Assembly: GCF_964204645.1 (NCBI RefSeq)
Contig: NC_134035.1
Coordinates: 5,456,001 to 5,520,000, forward strand
Reading direction: 5' to 3'
From: Tubulanus polymorphus
Taxonomy: Eukaryota > Animalia > Nemertea
DNA length: 64,000 nt
The notes below the pieces were generated by a model that worked only from the letters and a program-made list of their open reading frames with translations, ran no database searches and was not told the origin of the DNA. This document shows positions 12,178 through 23,106 of this stretch, piece by piece (position 1 is the first letter of the stretch; every line of letters starts with the position of its first letter). The position numbers and the translations under genes are program-made.

Positions 12178-12799
12178 ATTAACAAACGTAATTTCGGTTT
12201 TTAACGGAGTGTGCAGAAAGACTTGGATCTCTGAAATAGACATTTCTCAAGATTTCAAATGTTATGTACGGTACACGGAAAAAGACTGGAAACAATTTTC
12301 CTTCCGTTTTGTCATCTTAGAAGTTTCCTGTTTGTGTCGTGAAACATTCCGAAAACGCCCCACCTGAACTACCACCGATAGAGCCCGAAATTGTTGAAGT
12401 CACATTGAAAGAGAAATCCAAAGTTCAAGCTTTGACCACTTTACAAAGCGGTTTTTACATTTATTTTACATATTTCTATTAAGTTTTATTCAATTGTATA
12501 AATAAATATGGGGTAACCAATGCCTTTTGGCATTGGATCAGTCGGATAATTTCATTTGCATCAAATTGTCGGTCTGGGGCCGTCAGTACTCTTGCTATCG
12601 GTGAAATTCCACTGATAGTCTCGGTTTTGAAACTCATTTGGACCTGGTGACTTTGGTTCGGACTTACAATACCCGTACACGGTTGCTCGTACACAATGCC
12701 TTTCCCAGTTGCTGAGAGGAAGGATCTAGGAGTCCGCCGTGCACTAGATTGTGCGGGTGGCATTTAATTTAGGGCAGATTTTTGCGGGGGCTGCAACGG

Positions 12800-13093
12800 T
12801 AACTCAGGCGAGGCCGATCCATTTTGCCCGTGGCCCATTTTCGTTTTTGCTCAATTCCAAGGGGGACACATTCGAATTTTGATGGGGATGGACCAATCCA
12901 CCCGGTTCAGCCCTGTTGTCTCGCCCGGCGGCGATCACGGCACGGCGCCGGCCACCAGACCGGTCCTCCAGTCGGTTGTATAACATCTAACCAGTTCTAT
13001 AAGGATCGAAGAAACGTTTGAATGGTCCGTTGTCTAGTATGGCCATCATCCTAATCAATCAATCAATCAATCAATCGATCAATCAATCAATCA
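12800..13093 (+). mobile_element. Probable non-LTR retrotransposon 3' fragment with (AATC)n tail
   Basis: GC-rich island with decayed Arg-rich frames ending in an (AATC)n microsatellite at about 13053-13093. Confidence 0.4.
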
Positions 13094-13577
13094 GTGATGA
13101 AGGAATGAGGGGTAAGTAATTGGTTCGTAAAGGCGGTGAATGAGTTTTACACAGGCAAGCGAGTAGTGCTAGAAATGCCTTAGGTCAAGTGGCAGGTGGC
13201 TACTGGAGTCAGGTGTCTATAACGTGTAGTTTACACATTCACCGCCTACCATGTGTGAAGGGGCAGCACTGAACGGTCTATTGCCTCGATGAAGTGTAAT
13301 CAAACTCTGGCAACCAAGGATATCGCCGTAACTTTGGTCACATGTAAACAATATGGCGACCTCCATGTAAAATGTAGATTGACATTTTGGAATGAATTTC
13401 GCAAATTATTCAATGAATTGACCCCATGATTTAACTGAAGGCACAGTACATACAGATAGTGATTTACTCGTTATTTTCTACAACTGAAGCTAGAGTGGTA
13501 AGTGAAATTTAAGTATTTAGTGCTAGAAAAATGAAAAAGTCTTGATGGTAGACAGTCTGAGTATTGATTAGTGAGTG

Positions 13578-13670
13578 TCTGTGGTTTAGTTTCACGATCG
13601 GATATTTTCACAAAACATGTATAAGCTCATCCTATTATAAAAAGCTTACTACCAACGATTAGGTAACTAA
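13578..13670 (+). repeat. Interspersed repeat, short ('empty') copy
   Basis: TCTGTGGTTTAGTTTCAC...ATAAAAAGCTTAC.ACCAACGATTAGGTAACTAA matches 15573-15630 joined to 15952-16006. Confidence 0.75.
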
Positions 13671-14085
13671 GTCGTGATTGACTTTGGTCAATATGACAAT
13701 GGCAATGTCAATGTATTTATAGGCCTATTTATTGTATGAAATGACAGTCATTGACAGTTTTGTATTGATTTGCATTTATGAGTTAGACTAAATGAGTGGA
13801 TGACACTTGTTTCACAATCACTGATGAAGTAGGCAATTCTGGCCTATTTGTTGGCCTTAGGCCCTATATAGTCCTGAATACCAGATGATAGTTCAGAGTA
13901 GGCCTATGGGACAGGGAGGGTTTCCCTGTCCTTTGGCAACAACAAATAGATATTAGAATTATTCTTTTTCTCACCAGTTACTCTACTAAGCCTGATAATT
14001 TTTCGCAGTTAGTTCATTTCAGACTCGTTAAATTTCACAGCACAGCTGGAATGATTTGTTATTTGTTTTCACAGGTTCTGTCGCT

Positions 14086-17000
14086 ATGCCGACTGAAGAA
14101 AATTATACGATAGCGACGAAAGAACAAACGAAATCTAAACAGAATTCAACGTTTGGTCGTAGTCAGCTACACGACGCGTGTGGTTACGGTCAATTAGAAA
14201 CCGTACAACAATTACTAACAGTGAGGCTCATTTATCTCAAATAATTCTCATTTATCTCAAATAATTCTAATTTATTTCAAATGATTCTCATTTATCTCAA
14301 ATAGTTCTAATTTATCTCAAATAATTCTAATTTATCTCATATGATTTTCGTTTATCTCAAATCATTCTCATTTGTCTCAAATGATTCTCATTTTTGTCTC
14401 AAATAATTCTCATTCGTCTCAAATAATTCTCATTCATCTCAAATAATTTTCATACTTCTAAAATATAAATTAATTTCATTTTTTAATCTTTTGAATTTGT
14501 ACAAAGTGAGTGTTTAGTTTTTAAAACATGTATCAATGACATTAACTACTAGACGATGATATGTATATGTTATAAAGGGATCTATACGGAAACTACTATC
14601 TTTTCTTTGAAGAGTCCATTATATAAAATGCTTTATGTTTAGGACGGAACTTGTTGGATCAACCAGAAAACGAGCGCCGGACGAACAGCTCTACACGAAG
14701 CGAGCGCCGGGGGTCATGTCGCCGTCGTGAAATTGTTACTCAGTTACGACGCCGATTTCAGCGCTGAGGATAGAGACGGACGTACCGCGCTGCATGTCGC
14801 AGCGTTTAACGGAGAACTTGCAGTTTTAAAATGTCTTATTCAAAAAGGTTTGATATTCATTTGTGTTCTGTTTCTCGTTTGGGGTTTCTACGATTCGTTG
14901 ATTCCTTATAAACTCCCTCTAAACGGAAAATGCTTTTAAAAGTGCTCGAAACTCCTTTAATCTTAGCAAAATGCCTTATGAAACTCCTTTAAAACTCAAT
15001 GCTGAGAAATTGGTTATGAGAAATGTTTGTACTTGTACAGTAAACTAAATCGGTTCAGTTAGAATTAGTTTTTACCCTATTAGGCTGTTGCCAAATTAGA
15101 AACAGAGTTTACTTAGGTAGTGTTAAGGATAATAAATTGCTTATAAAACCACAGAATTAATGATTTTACCAAAATGAACAGTACAGTTAGGAGGGGTCTA
15201 CAGTAATTGTGATATGAAAGGGATGCAGACCCTTCCTCAAAATTCAAGATTTTCTCCCTTCGAAACTCCTTGGAAACTGCTTATATCCTGGAATGATCGA
15301 TATGCAGGGACCCTGTTGTTGGTGACGTTGGCCAGTGTATATTAATCTAAGCATTCTACATTATGTAAATGAAATTTCAGGAGCTTCGGCAACGTTGGTC
15401 GATAAACAAGGACGTTCGCTGTCTCACTTGGCTTCCATCAGAAATCACGCGAAGATTCTTCGTTATCTGTTTGATTTTGGTATCGATCTGGAATGTACGT
15501 GCAGCGTTGGTAAAATGCCGATGCATTACGCCGCGCAGCATGGAGGTAAGATCCGTTGTAGTCAGTAACCTGTCTGTGGTTTAGTTTCACAATCGGATTT
15601 TTTCACAAACCACGTTGGTATAAGCCCATCTTCACCCGTCAAGGGATTCGAACCCATTGCGCTAAAGCTGTTCCTCGAACCCCTTGACCTCACGAGTCGT
15701 TGGAGTCGTTACTAGCTGACCAGAATCCAGTCGTACCAATCACAGCGCTTGTAACAAACGACATTGGGCTTCTGTTGGTTTTCCTGTTAAATGGACCAAT
15801 CAGCGAACGTTTTACCGAAAAAGGAAGTATTTCGCAAATCGATGTATGACGTCATGCGCAACAGCGCCAGTAATGAATTCACGCTTCGTGAGGCCAGGGG
15901 GGCTGGTGGAAGCGAGTTCGGGAGTGATACTGGACCCCTGGCAAGCGAGGATGGTATAAGCCCATCCGATTATAAAAAGCTTACCACCAACGATTAGGTA
16001 ACTAACTAGATCCGTTGGTGACGTGGATTAGGTTTTTAACACGAAGAGAAAGAAATTTCCAAATACCTCTGATCTACTCTGACCAACCTTACTGATTTTA
16101 AAGTCTGGGTCATTAGTTTTAACCGAAAAGTTAGCAAGTTTTATGTAAAATGTTTTAGCTCCACTTTACGTGATTGAATCCATGTGAAATAGATGAAATA
16201 TGATGTCTCATGAATGAATAAGTCCCGCTATAGAATTCTATATGATAAAATTCATTGAAATGAAACCACAACCTTTCGGCTGTTGACTAATAGCCATCAT
16301 CAGATGGTTCATCATTACATCTGATGAAGCCTGTTGACTAACAGTTAGTCGACAGTTAGTCAACAGCCTAAATGTTGTGGTTTCATTTCAATAGATTATA
16401 TCATATAGAATTCTATTGTGGAACATGTTCATTCATCTACAGTTTTACCCTTTCAGTGCGTCTACACCGCAGTGCGGTGTACGAATCGGTGATGGATTTT
16501 GTTAGTACACCGCACTGCGGTGTATTGATTTAATTAGTAATTACTAATTATCTCTCTTGAAAGATGGCAGCACCTGTCAAACAGTGAAATATTAGTAACT
16601 AACGATATACCGCGCCAGGGTGTAGACGCACTATAGCACTATTCCCGTTATTCAACACACTAGGGTGGAATTTTTCAGAATTTTCAAATTATCTTCAGCA
16701 CTATAGGGTATTAATTAGCCAGCACTGAAAGGGTTAAATGGATCGTAGTGTTTTATTCGACTACTAATGATGTCTCGTTTCATTTTTAGGTTTGGAATGT
16801 TTGATAAGCCTCGTAGAGCGAGATTGTGATACCACATTACCCGACGATAACGGTTTACTGGCGGCTCATTACGCAGCGATGTACGATAATCTCGATTGCC
16901 TGCGATTCTTAATACAACAAGGCACGTCGCTAGAAGTCGTTCAAGGGGAAGGTCGCACTCCCGCTCATCTTGTAAGTTAGATGATAGATGTTTCCTTTGT

Positions 17001-18574
17001 GTTTATCGCGAAACTGGTCCCTTAAATAGGGTGTCGTAGGGTGATTCAGAAAAATCTAGAATAATTCGGGGAAAACTTTGGGAATTTGGCAAATCTTACC
17101 AAAAACTTGGAAAACTCTTGACCATGTGTGTCTTAATCTGTACGTGAGTGAAAAATGAATGAATGAATTGTAACATTTTAAACATCCTCAGAGTCACTCG
17201 GGGAATTTGTGTTGTAACATGGAAAATCAAGAAAAACTGGAATTTGTAAATGGGCGGAAAGTGGTTACGCTGCTAATGTAATCCTGTTGTTATTTTTCCT
17301 CGTTGTAGGCCGCGATGAAAGGGGCTTTAACTTGTTTACACTGGCTGCTAGAAAAAGGTGCTAATCCGAATATACAAGACATGCATGGAAACACAGTCGG
17401 TCATTGCGCTATCGAAACCGGGCAGGCGAAAGCGTTCAATTGTTACCTGCAACACGACGGTCTTATCGACGTTCTCAATAGTAAAAACGAAGATTTACAT
17501 CAAACCGCTCGTCGATACGGACACCCGAATCTCATGGATCGTGCAAGTGAGTTTAGGCCTCTGACTGGTGGAAATTTCCTATATTGCCATTTGTAGTTAA
17601 TTTGTTGTGATGCCTGGTGTTTGTAGTTCATTTTCAATTGAAAATGTCTCAGGTGAAGTACTGCGAAGCGTGCATGATCAGTTTTTGAGAGTGTGCTAGT
17701 AAAATGTCTAAAGTCTGTTGTAGTTCATTTTCGATTAGAAATGTATCTCGGGTTAAGATACACATGCCATTGTAGTCAACACCTGTTTTACTCAACTTAT
17801 TTTAACGTTGGCATTTATTATTTCTAATTCCAGTGAAGAATGAAGTGACTTGCGACACGTGTTTTCGCGCGTATAAATATCACGTGTGGCAAACGGCCAA
17901 CCAGCCGAAACCGGTGGAACGAAGTATAACTAGAGCTAGTAGAAAAGCGTACGCTCCGTACGTTCACGGCAAGTAAGTACCTGGTATATGACAATAATCT
18001 TTACTCAGTTCTACAATTGTCGAGTTGAAATTTGACTGACTGAAAATGGAGTGATCCAATTCACATCCACAGTATCCAGTTCTATAGGCCTAGGTCTAGG
18101 TTAAGTTGTTGGTAGTTCATGAGATTCAAAACTCAACCAAGATTTTGAACTGGAGCATTGTCTATATAAATGATACCTTGTTTCTCCTAATCGCGTGCTT
18201 TTGTGAACTAAAATCAAATTTGTAATCAGTTAATTTCTATATAGCTGCCGGGTCTGGTTAAGCTAGCTTGATTTTGATGTTAAAAAAAGTACTGTACAGG
18301 GTAGATAGGTGGCAGGCCGGGCCAACTGTTAGGCTCAGCAGAAAAAAGTTATCAATTTTTTTGCCTTAAATGTGACAATTCTTTTTAATTATTCTATCAT
18401 GGTTTTCCTTGTAGTCGGTCAGAATCGCCGCCACCGATTAAAATAAAACCAGTTCGAAGTAAAAAGAAAAATGCCAAAAACACCGACAATAAAGATGGGG
18501 ATGAGAATGCTGAATTGCCAAAACGAGATATCGCTGCCAAATATTTCGGAGAATTTCTAGAAGGTGGAATTTAA
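14086..18574 (+). CDS. Ankyrin-repeat protein, 7 coding exons, about 407 aa
   Basis: Exons 14086-14220, 14643-14847, 15381-15545, 16790-16971, 17309-17546, 17834-17972, 18415-18574 join in frame (1224 nt). Serial ANK motifs GRSQLHDAC, GRTALHEAS, GRTALHVAA, GRSLSHLAS, GKMPMHYAA, GLLAAHYAA, GRTPAHLAA, GNTVGHCAI; CxxC and basic tail. Probable non-coding exon ending at 13497; AATAAA at about 18787. Confidence 0.88.
14227..14452. repeat. Tandem repeat, 20-bp unit, directly after a splice donor
   Basis: About 11 copies of CTCATTTATCTCAAATAATT. Confidence 0.9.
15573..16006. mobile_element. Interspersed repeat, long ('filled') copy with a ~320-bp insert containing a tRNA-like segment
   Basis: Insert bounded by the direct repeat TGGTATAAGCCCATC; minus-strand B-box GGTTCGAATCC at about 15644-15654. 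Confidence 0.6.
16215..16432. mobile_element. Penelope-like element remnant: inverted repeat with hammerhead-like cores
   Basis: The two arms are reverse complements. Minus arm reads CTGATGA-T-GGCT..AGCC-GAAA-GGTT; plus arm reads CTGATGA-A-GCCTGTTGAC...CAGCC-TAAA-TGTT. Confidence 0.55.
16448..16733. mobile_element. piggyBac-type MITE (copy 2, opposite orientation)
   Basis: TTTA|CCCTTTCAGTGC ... GCACTGAAAGGG|TTAA; reverse complement of 7884-8171. Confidence 0.85.
18170..18345 (+). repeat. Interspersed repeat shared with 35011-35163
   Basis: AATGATACCTTGT.TCTCCTAA...GCCGGGTCTG...GGCTCAGCAGAAA occurs in both introns. Confidence 0.65.
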
Positions 18575-19636
18575 TGAAGACTTAATTTCCTGTAGCCTTT
18601 ATTTATGTATATTTATTTGATGTATATTTATTCTATATATGGCAGTTTTGCTGTGAAGATGTGCCAAAAATCGAATATATAATTGTTGTAACAAATAATG
18701 GATTCTAGCTATTTTTTCTAACTTTGTCTATTTAAGAATGATGTTCATCCGTCCAGTGTTGTTGTTTAATGTATACATGCTACAGAATAAATCGTATATG
18801 ACAACTACATTCAAGCCGGATTTTATCTTCATGTATCTAGTTGTTTTCTGAAGGTTTTTCTGTCCATTCGGCAGAGATACTTTATAATATCCCCTCGATT
18901 ATTATTATATATACTCCGCAATCTTTAAGTGTTAAGAGTCTGCAAATGCCAATTCAATTTCGAAATGATTATCGTGATATTAAACGACATCTAGGATCAA
19001 TTTCCTAGACACGTCCCCGCGCATTCTAATGCCACTTTCATAATGTCCATTGGCAATGCCATAACTGATGAAATTACTGGAGACTTGGAAACCGAACTGA
19101 GGTAAAACCGAATAAAATAATGACATGAACAACGAAACTGATTAAGTATTTACAAATTCATTTATTTTAAGTCAAAATATTTAAATATAGGCTTGTACCA
19201 GTGCATGTTATATACTGGAATGGGGAATCTTACCTTTCCCTATAAATTAAAACATATCAATCAACATGAATTAGAAAGTCTGAAAGTGGTGTTTCAATCA
19301 CCAGCTTCATTTTCAAAACTTGTTTACCGTTAGTTCGAAAGACACCATGCCCACCAACATTGCATAAATATACTTTCAGCTATCGAGTATTGAAATACAA
19401 TAACTAAGGGTTCCCGGCTCTGTCTCCTTGCTCTTTACAAAAATTCCCATATTATACACCTTTATTTTGTTCTTTATTCGTGAATATGGAAAAAGTGAAT
19501 TCAATTTCGATTACAGTAATAATATACATTTTTGCATTTAACGATCCAATTCAACGTCTCGAGTATACCTAGTATTTCCCTCGGCGTATTTACAGACGTC
19601 CACAAGGATAGGGAATCACTCAATACCAAATTATTT

Positions 19637-19860
19637 CAGGCCAGTTATCTAAGTTACCCTTATAGGTAAACCTCAACCTGGGCCCGGTTTTATAGACCGG
19701 GTATCAAAGTTACCCTTTTTAGGAATAAACCCTCAACCTGGACCCGGTTTTATAGACCTGGTATCAAATCTACCCCACGGGTTAAATCCTTAACCTGGGC
19801 CTGCTTTTATAGACCGGGTATCAAAGTTACCTTTAGGGATAAATCGTCGATGAAACTCAA
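19637..19860. repeat. Tandem repeat of about 58 bp in the UNC50 3' UTR region
   Basis: 3-4 copies of CCTCAACCTGGGCCCGGTTTTATAGACCGGGTATCAAAGTTACC. Confidence 0.75.
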
Positions 19861-19907
19861 CCCAGATATACTTTATATAATCTAGCAATATAGCAATCCG
19901 AATCGCT

Positions 19908-20750
19908 CTAAATTCTCCAATGATAGAAATAGCACAGACCCATACTGAAGTTCCAATTAAACACCAGCGACAAAATATAAACAAGAAACATGCCGGTCAT
20001 CGGGTATAAAAATATCTGCGTTCGTTTTAAAAACGAGAGCGCGCTATAACCGAGAAACGTAATATATATATAGTAACAGACAGCGACGAGCCAGAGCGTG
20101 TTCCCGACTAAACAACCGACGAACCAATCGTGATTAACGACGTGCGCGAGAATCGGCAGCTGGAAAAAGTGCAAAATCATCAACAGCGGGAAAAACGCGT
20201 TCAAATGAACGTCGAACGCATAACCCCATTCGACGTCGTCGACGGCCGTCGTGCCGACTCCGCGCGATTGTATCATGTATTTATTACTGACGAACCACAG
20301 CGCGGTCGCCACTAGCAACCCGACGCCGATGCAATCGACGAAGATCACCCACGCTAAAAACTTGGCGAAACCGGCGAACGAGAGTCTGAGAACGACCGCG
20401 AAGCCGATCGACGAAACGAACAGCCAGAAACTGAGCACGACGAGAAACGCCGGGTCGTCGCGCGCGAATTGATCCTTCGTGCATTTGCGATATTGGAAAT
20501 TGCGATAAACCTTCTGCGGCGACACGAACAGGTATAACATCTGCCAGAACGCGTATTCGAAGTCCATTTGGCGAATTTTGAACAGGCGGCGAAAGTATTT
20601 TTGGCGTTTAGCGGACGCGGTGCTTCGCGCGGCCGACATCGACTGGTGATGCGCGGAGTTAGCGCCGCCCGGGGTTACGAGGACGTCCGGCGACAGCGGT
20701 CTCGATCCCGATGGAGATACCGGGGGTGATGTTCTCCCGTAATGATACAT
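19908..20750 (-). CDS. UNC50: Protein unc-50 homolog (Golgi membrane protein), single coding exon
   Basis: 280-aa ORF with QMDFEYAFWQMLYLFVSPQKVYRNFQYRK.TKDQFARDDPAF, VEWGYAFDVHLNAFFP and YYIYITFLGYSALSFLK motifs. A minus-strand acceptor at about 20768 suggests a 5' UTR intron. Confidence 0.96.
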   Translation of the reverse strand: MYHYGRTSPPVSPSGSRPLSPDVLVTPGGANSAHHQSMSAARSTASAKRQKYFRRLFKIRQMDFEYAFWQMLYLFVSPQKVYRNFQYRKCTKDQFARDDPAFLVVLSFWLFVSSIGFAVVLRLSFAGFAKFLAWVIFVDCIGVGLLVATALWFVSNKYMIQSRGVGTTAVDDVEWGYAFDVHLNAFFPLLMILHFFQLPILAHVVNHDWFVGCLVGNTLWLVAVCYYIYITFLGYSALSFLKRTQIFLYPMTGMFLVYILSLVFNWNFSMGLCYFYHWRI

Positions 20751-20976
20751 CTTCCTTCACTGCACACCTACAATATATAAGAAACGAATATAAAACTCAG
20801 TCACAGCAGAACAAAGACAATGATGACAAAATGAGATATTTTAGTAGGTCCAAAATTCTAGTCTGAATACCAGTCATTGTTACGGGGTCCCCTACCGATG
20901 GCTAGGCACTAGACTAGCCTAATTCAAGAAAGAAACACCACACTCTCGCGCAATTGCATCAAATCCAAACTTACTA

Positions 20977-21449
20977 CGCAGTGGATATTTTACCGTATAC
21001 GGCTGAGTATTTATTTCCGCTATTTTATCGTACATCGTCGCTGATTGACTGATTCACGCCGCACATGCGCACAGAGGTGCGCGACTTAGAAAATTCAAGG
21101 AAAGTGTGGAGAACAGAGTGAGAAAATAGAACGGATAGAGCGAGACTCGAACCCGGGCCAGTAAATTACTAGCGCAGCGTCATACCACTAGACCATCGAG
21201 CTCGCTAAAAACCAATCAAATGTTTTAACTACCTATAGTACCTCACCTTACCCTAATTCTATCCCTACTAGGCGTAAAACGGAACCCTCTTCTCACCCTC
21301 TTGACACTAACCCTATCGAAACCCTAACCCTCTAAACCCAATATGATGATTCTATTGTTACTTCTATTAGTTAATACTATATATTAACCTTTGTACGGTA
21401 AAATAGCGGAAGTAAATACTTTGCCGAATACGGTTAAATATCCACTTCG
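20977..21449. mobile_element. Mutator-like MITE with ~57-bp TIRs and 9-bp TSD
   Basis: Left TIR CGCAGTGGATATTTTACCGTATACGGCTGAGTATTTATTTCCGCTATTTTATCGTACA and its imperfect reverse complement at about 21392-21449; flanks AACTTACTA (20968-20976) and AACTTATTA (21450-21458). Confidence 0.75.
21138..21203 (-). pseudogene. tRNA(Pro)-like segment (SINE head or pseudo-tRNA) inside the MITE
   Basis: Minus strand GAGCTCGATGGTCTAGTGGTATGA...GGCCCGGGTTCGAGTCTCG has A-box and B-box resembling tRNA-Pro, but the anticodon arm and 3' acceptor stem do not pair properly. Confidence 0.6.
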
Positions 21450-21769
21450 AACTTATTAACTAATCAATCTGTCGCATACATACACGAGACGAGTAATTTT
21501 GACGTCGGTCAGCCCAGGTTAAATTACTAACTTACGTACAGAGATACTATCTTGTGAGACTAAGATTTTCCCGGACCGGGAACTTGTTGAATTAACTAAC
21601 CAACTAACTGAATACTAACCTTGTGATCTGTAGTTTTTAAACGCTACACAAAAACGTACAGTAGTAATAAATTGTCATCAGTAGTGACGTGACAACCATA
21701 TTGAAAATACGAAATCGAACATGTTGACTGAAATTTGAAATTAAAATCATCTATATTGAATAGTAATAA

Positions 21770-22206
21770 TAAAGGGTAGCTCCGAAAATATCTGAATCAA
21801 GGCATCCATATCGTTTTTCCAGGCCATGAACTCTCTTTCGTTTTGAAATTCCATCATGATATTGTACTCGTCGATGTGATAGTGCGAGGGGCTCACTCCA
21901 AGAGACCCTCCGCGTGACCCCGAATAGCACCAGTCTCTTTGATTCTTTTATATTATATTCACTTGATTGTATCGCCACCTAGTTTCCTTGCTGTAGTATT
22001 ATATTTTGTTTTACGTTTAACATATTTTATTTGCAAATATTCTCTATTCCTATGTTATCCATTATAAAAGCGATTTTAAATGTATGTCCACTCTTGTACT
22101 GTTTTCCCTGTGTTTTGATGTTAATATTTTATTGCATGTCATTTCCTATGTAACTTGTGTATTATATGGAGCAATAAAATTAAAGTTCAAGTTCAAGTTC
22201 AAGTTC
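21770..22206 (+). mobile_element. LINE (CR1-group-like) 3' fragment with (GTTCAA)n tail
   Basis: Decayed GHPYRF-type ORF2 C-terminus, T-rich 3' UTR, AATAAA followed by tandem AAGTTC. Confidence 0.45.
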
Positions 22207-23106
22207 TCACGCCGCGCCCGCACCGCAATCGAATCACGCTAGAGATGATTTGTCGGCCACGAAATTTTGAAAATTTATCCGGTAGCATTACATGTCATTT
22301 CAGGATCGTTGCTGCCATACAAAAGATCAGTTCCAAAACAATGCCCACAAATAATGAAGAAATAGATAATACGTAAGTAGTTTTATCTAACCTTTATTTC
22401 AAAGAAAGCCAAACGCAATGTACACAAGTAATGCGGCTAACAGGTGCCTTTAACAAACCTTTTTTTTCAACGATTTTTAAAAAACATTTTTTGTAACAAC
22501 AGAAAAAAAAATAAATGTAAATGATTACTATGAGGCTAAAATATGCAAAATACACTACGCCATGATAAATAAAAAACACACACATTCACCGTCATATCAT
22601 ATATATATAACTAGTAGAAAATTTACCCAAATGTCACACGTTAATTCGATACGATCTAAAATTGACCGCCATATGCAATTTCACTTAACATTGACAAACA
22701 TGTACATATTCATAAATTCTAGATGTTATACATAAATATCATATATCGTCACAATATATTAGTTTTATACATATTTTATGATATCACATTTTTGAAGACT
22801 TGACTCTACCGGATTTATCCGTAGAGAGATGCGAGCTTACATTATATCATCATGCAAAAAATTATTTCTTTTGTTTTGGTCAGGTCGCATCGTTAGGAAT
22901 GAAGGGACATGCCTACAGCATGAAACGTGACCTGTAACCAGATAGCCCTAAACACTGAAGAATTCTATTGAATTTTGAGAGAAATATGAAAAAATTCGCG
23001 AGAAAATAAAATATAGGGGCTACTTTATAATTTATGCCTCACTCTTTAATGTCTGTATCACAGTTGTAGCTAGGTGACGTCTATTCAGACGAGCCACTTC
23101 TCATAT

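Noticed and set aside
7395-14452. CRISPR-like arrays in the tandem repeats at 7.4, 10.3 and 14.2 kb
   Set aside because: Head-to-tail units with no unique spacers, eukaryotic context, no cas genes.
21138-21203. Functional tRNA-Pro gene
   Set aside because: Anticodon arm and acceptor stem do not fold; it sits inside a TIR element.
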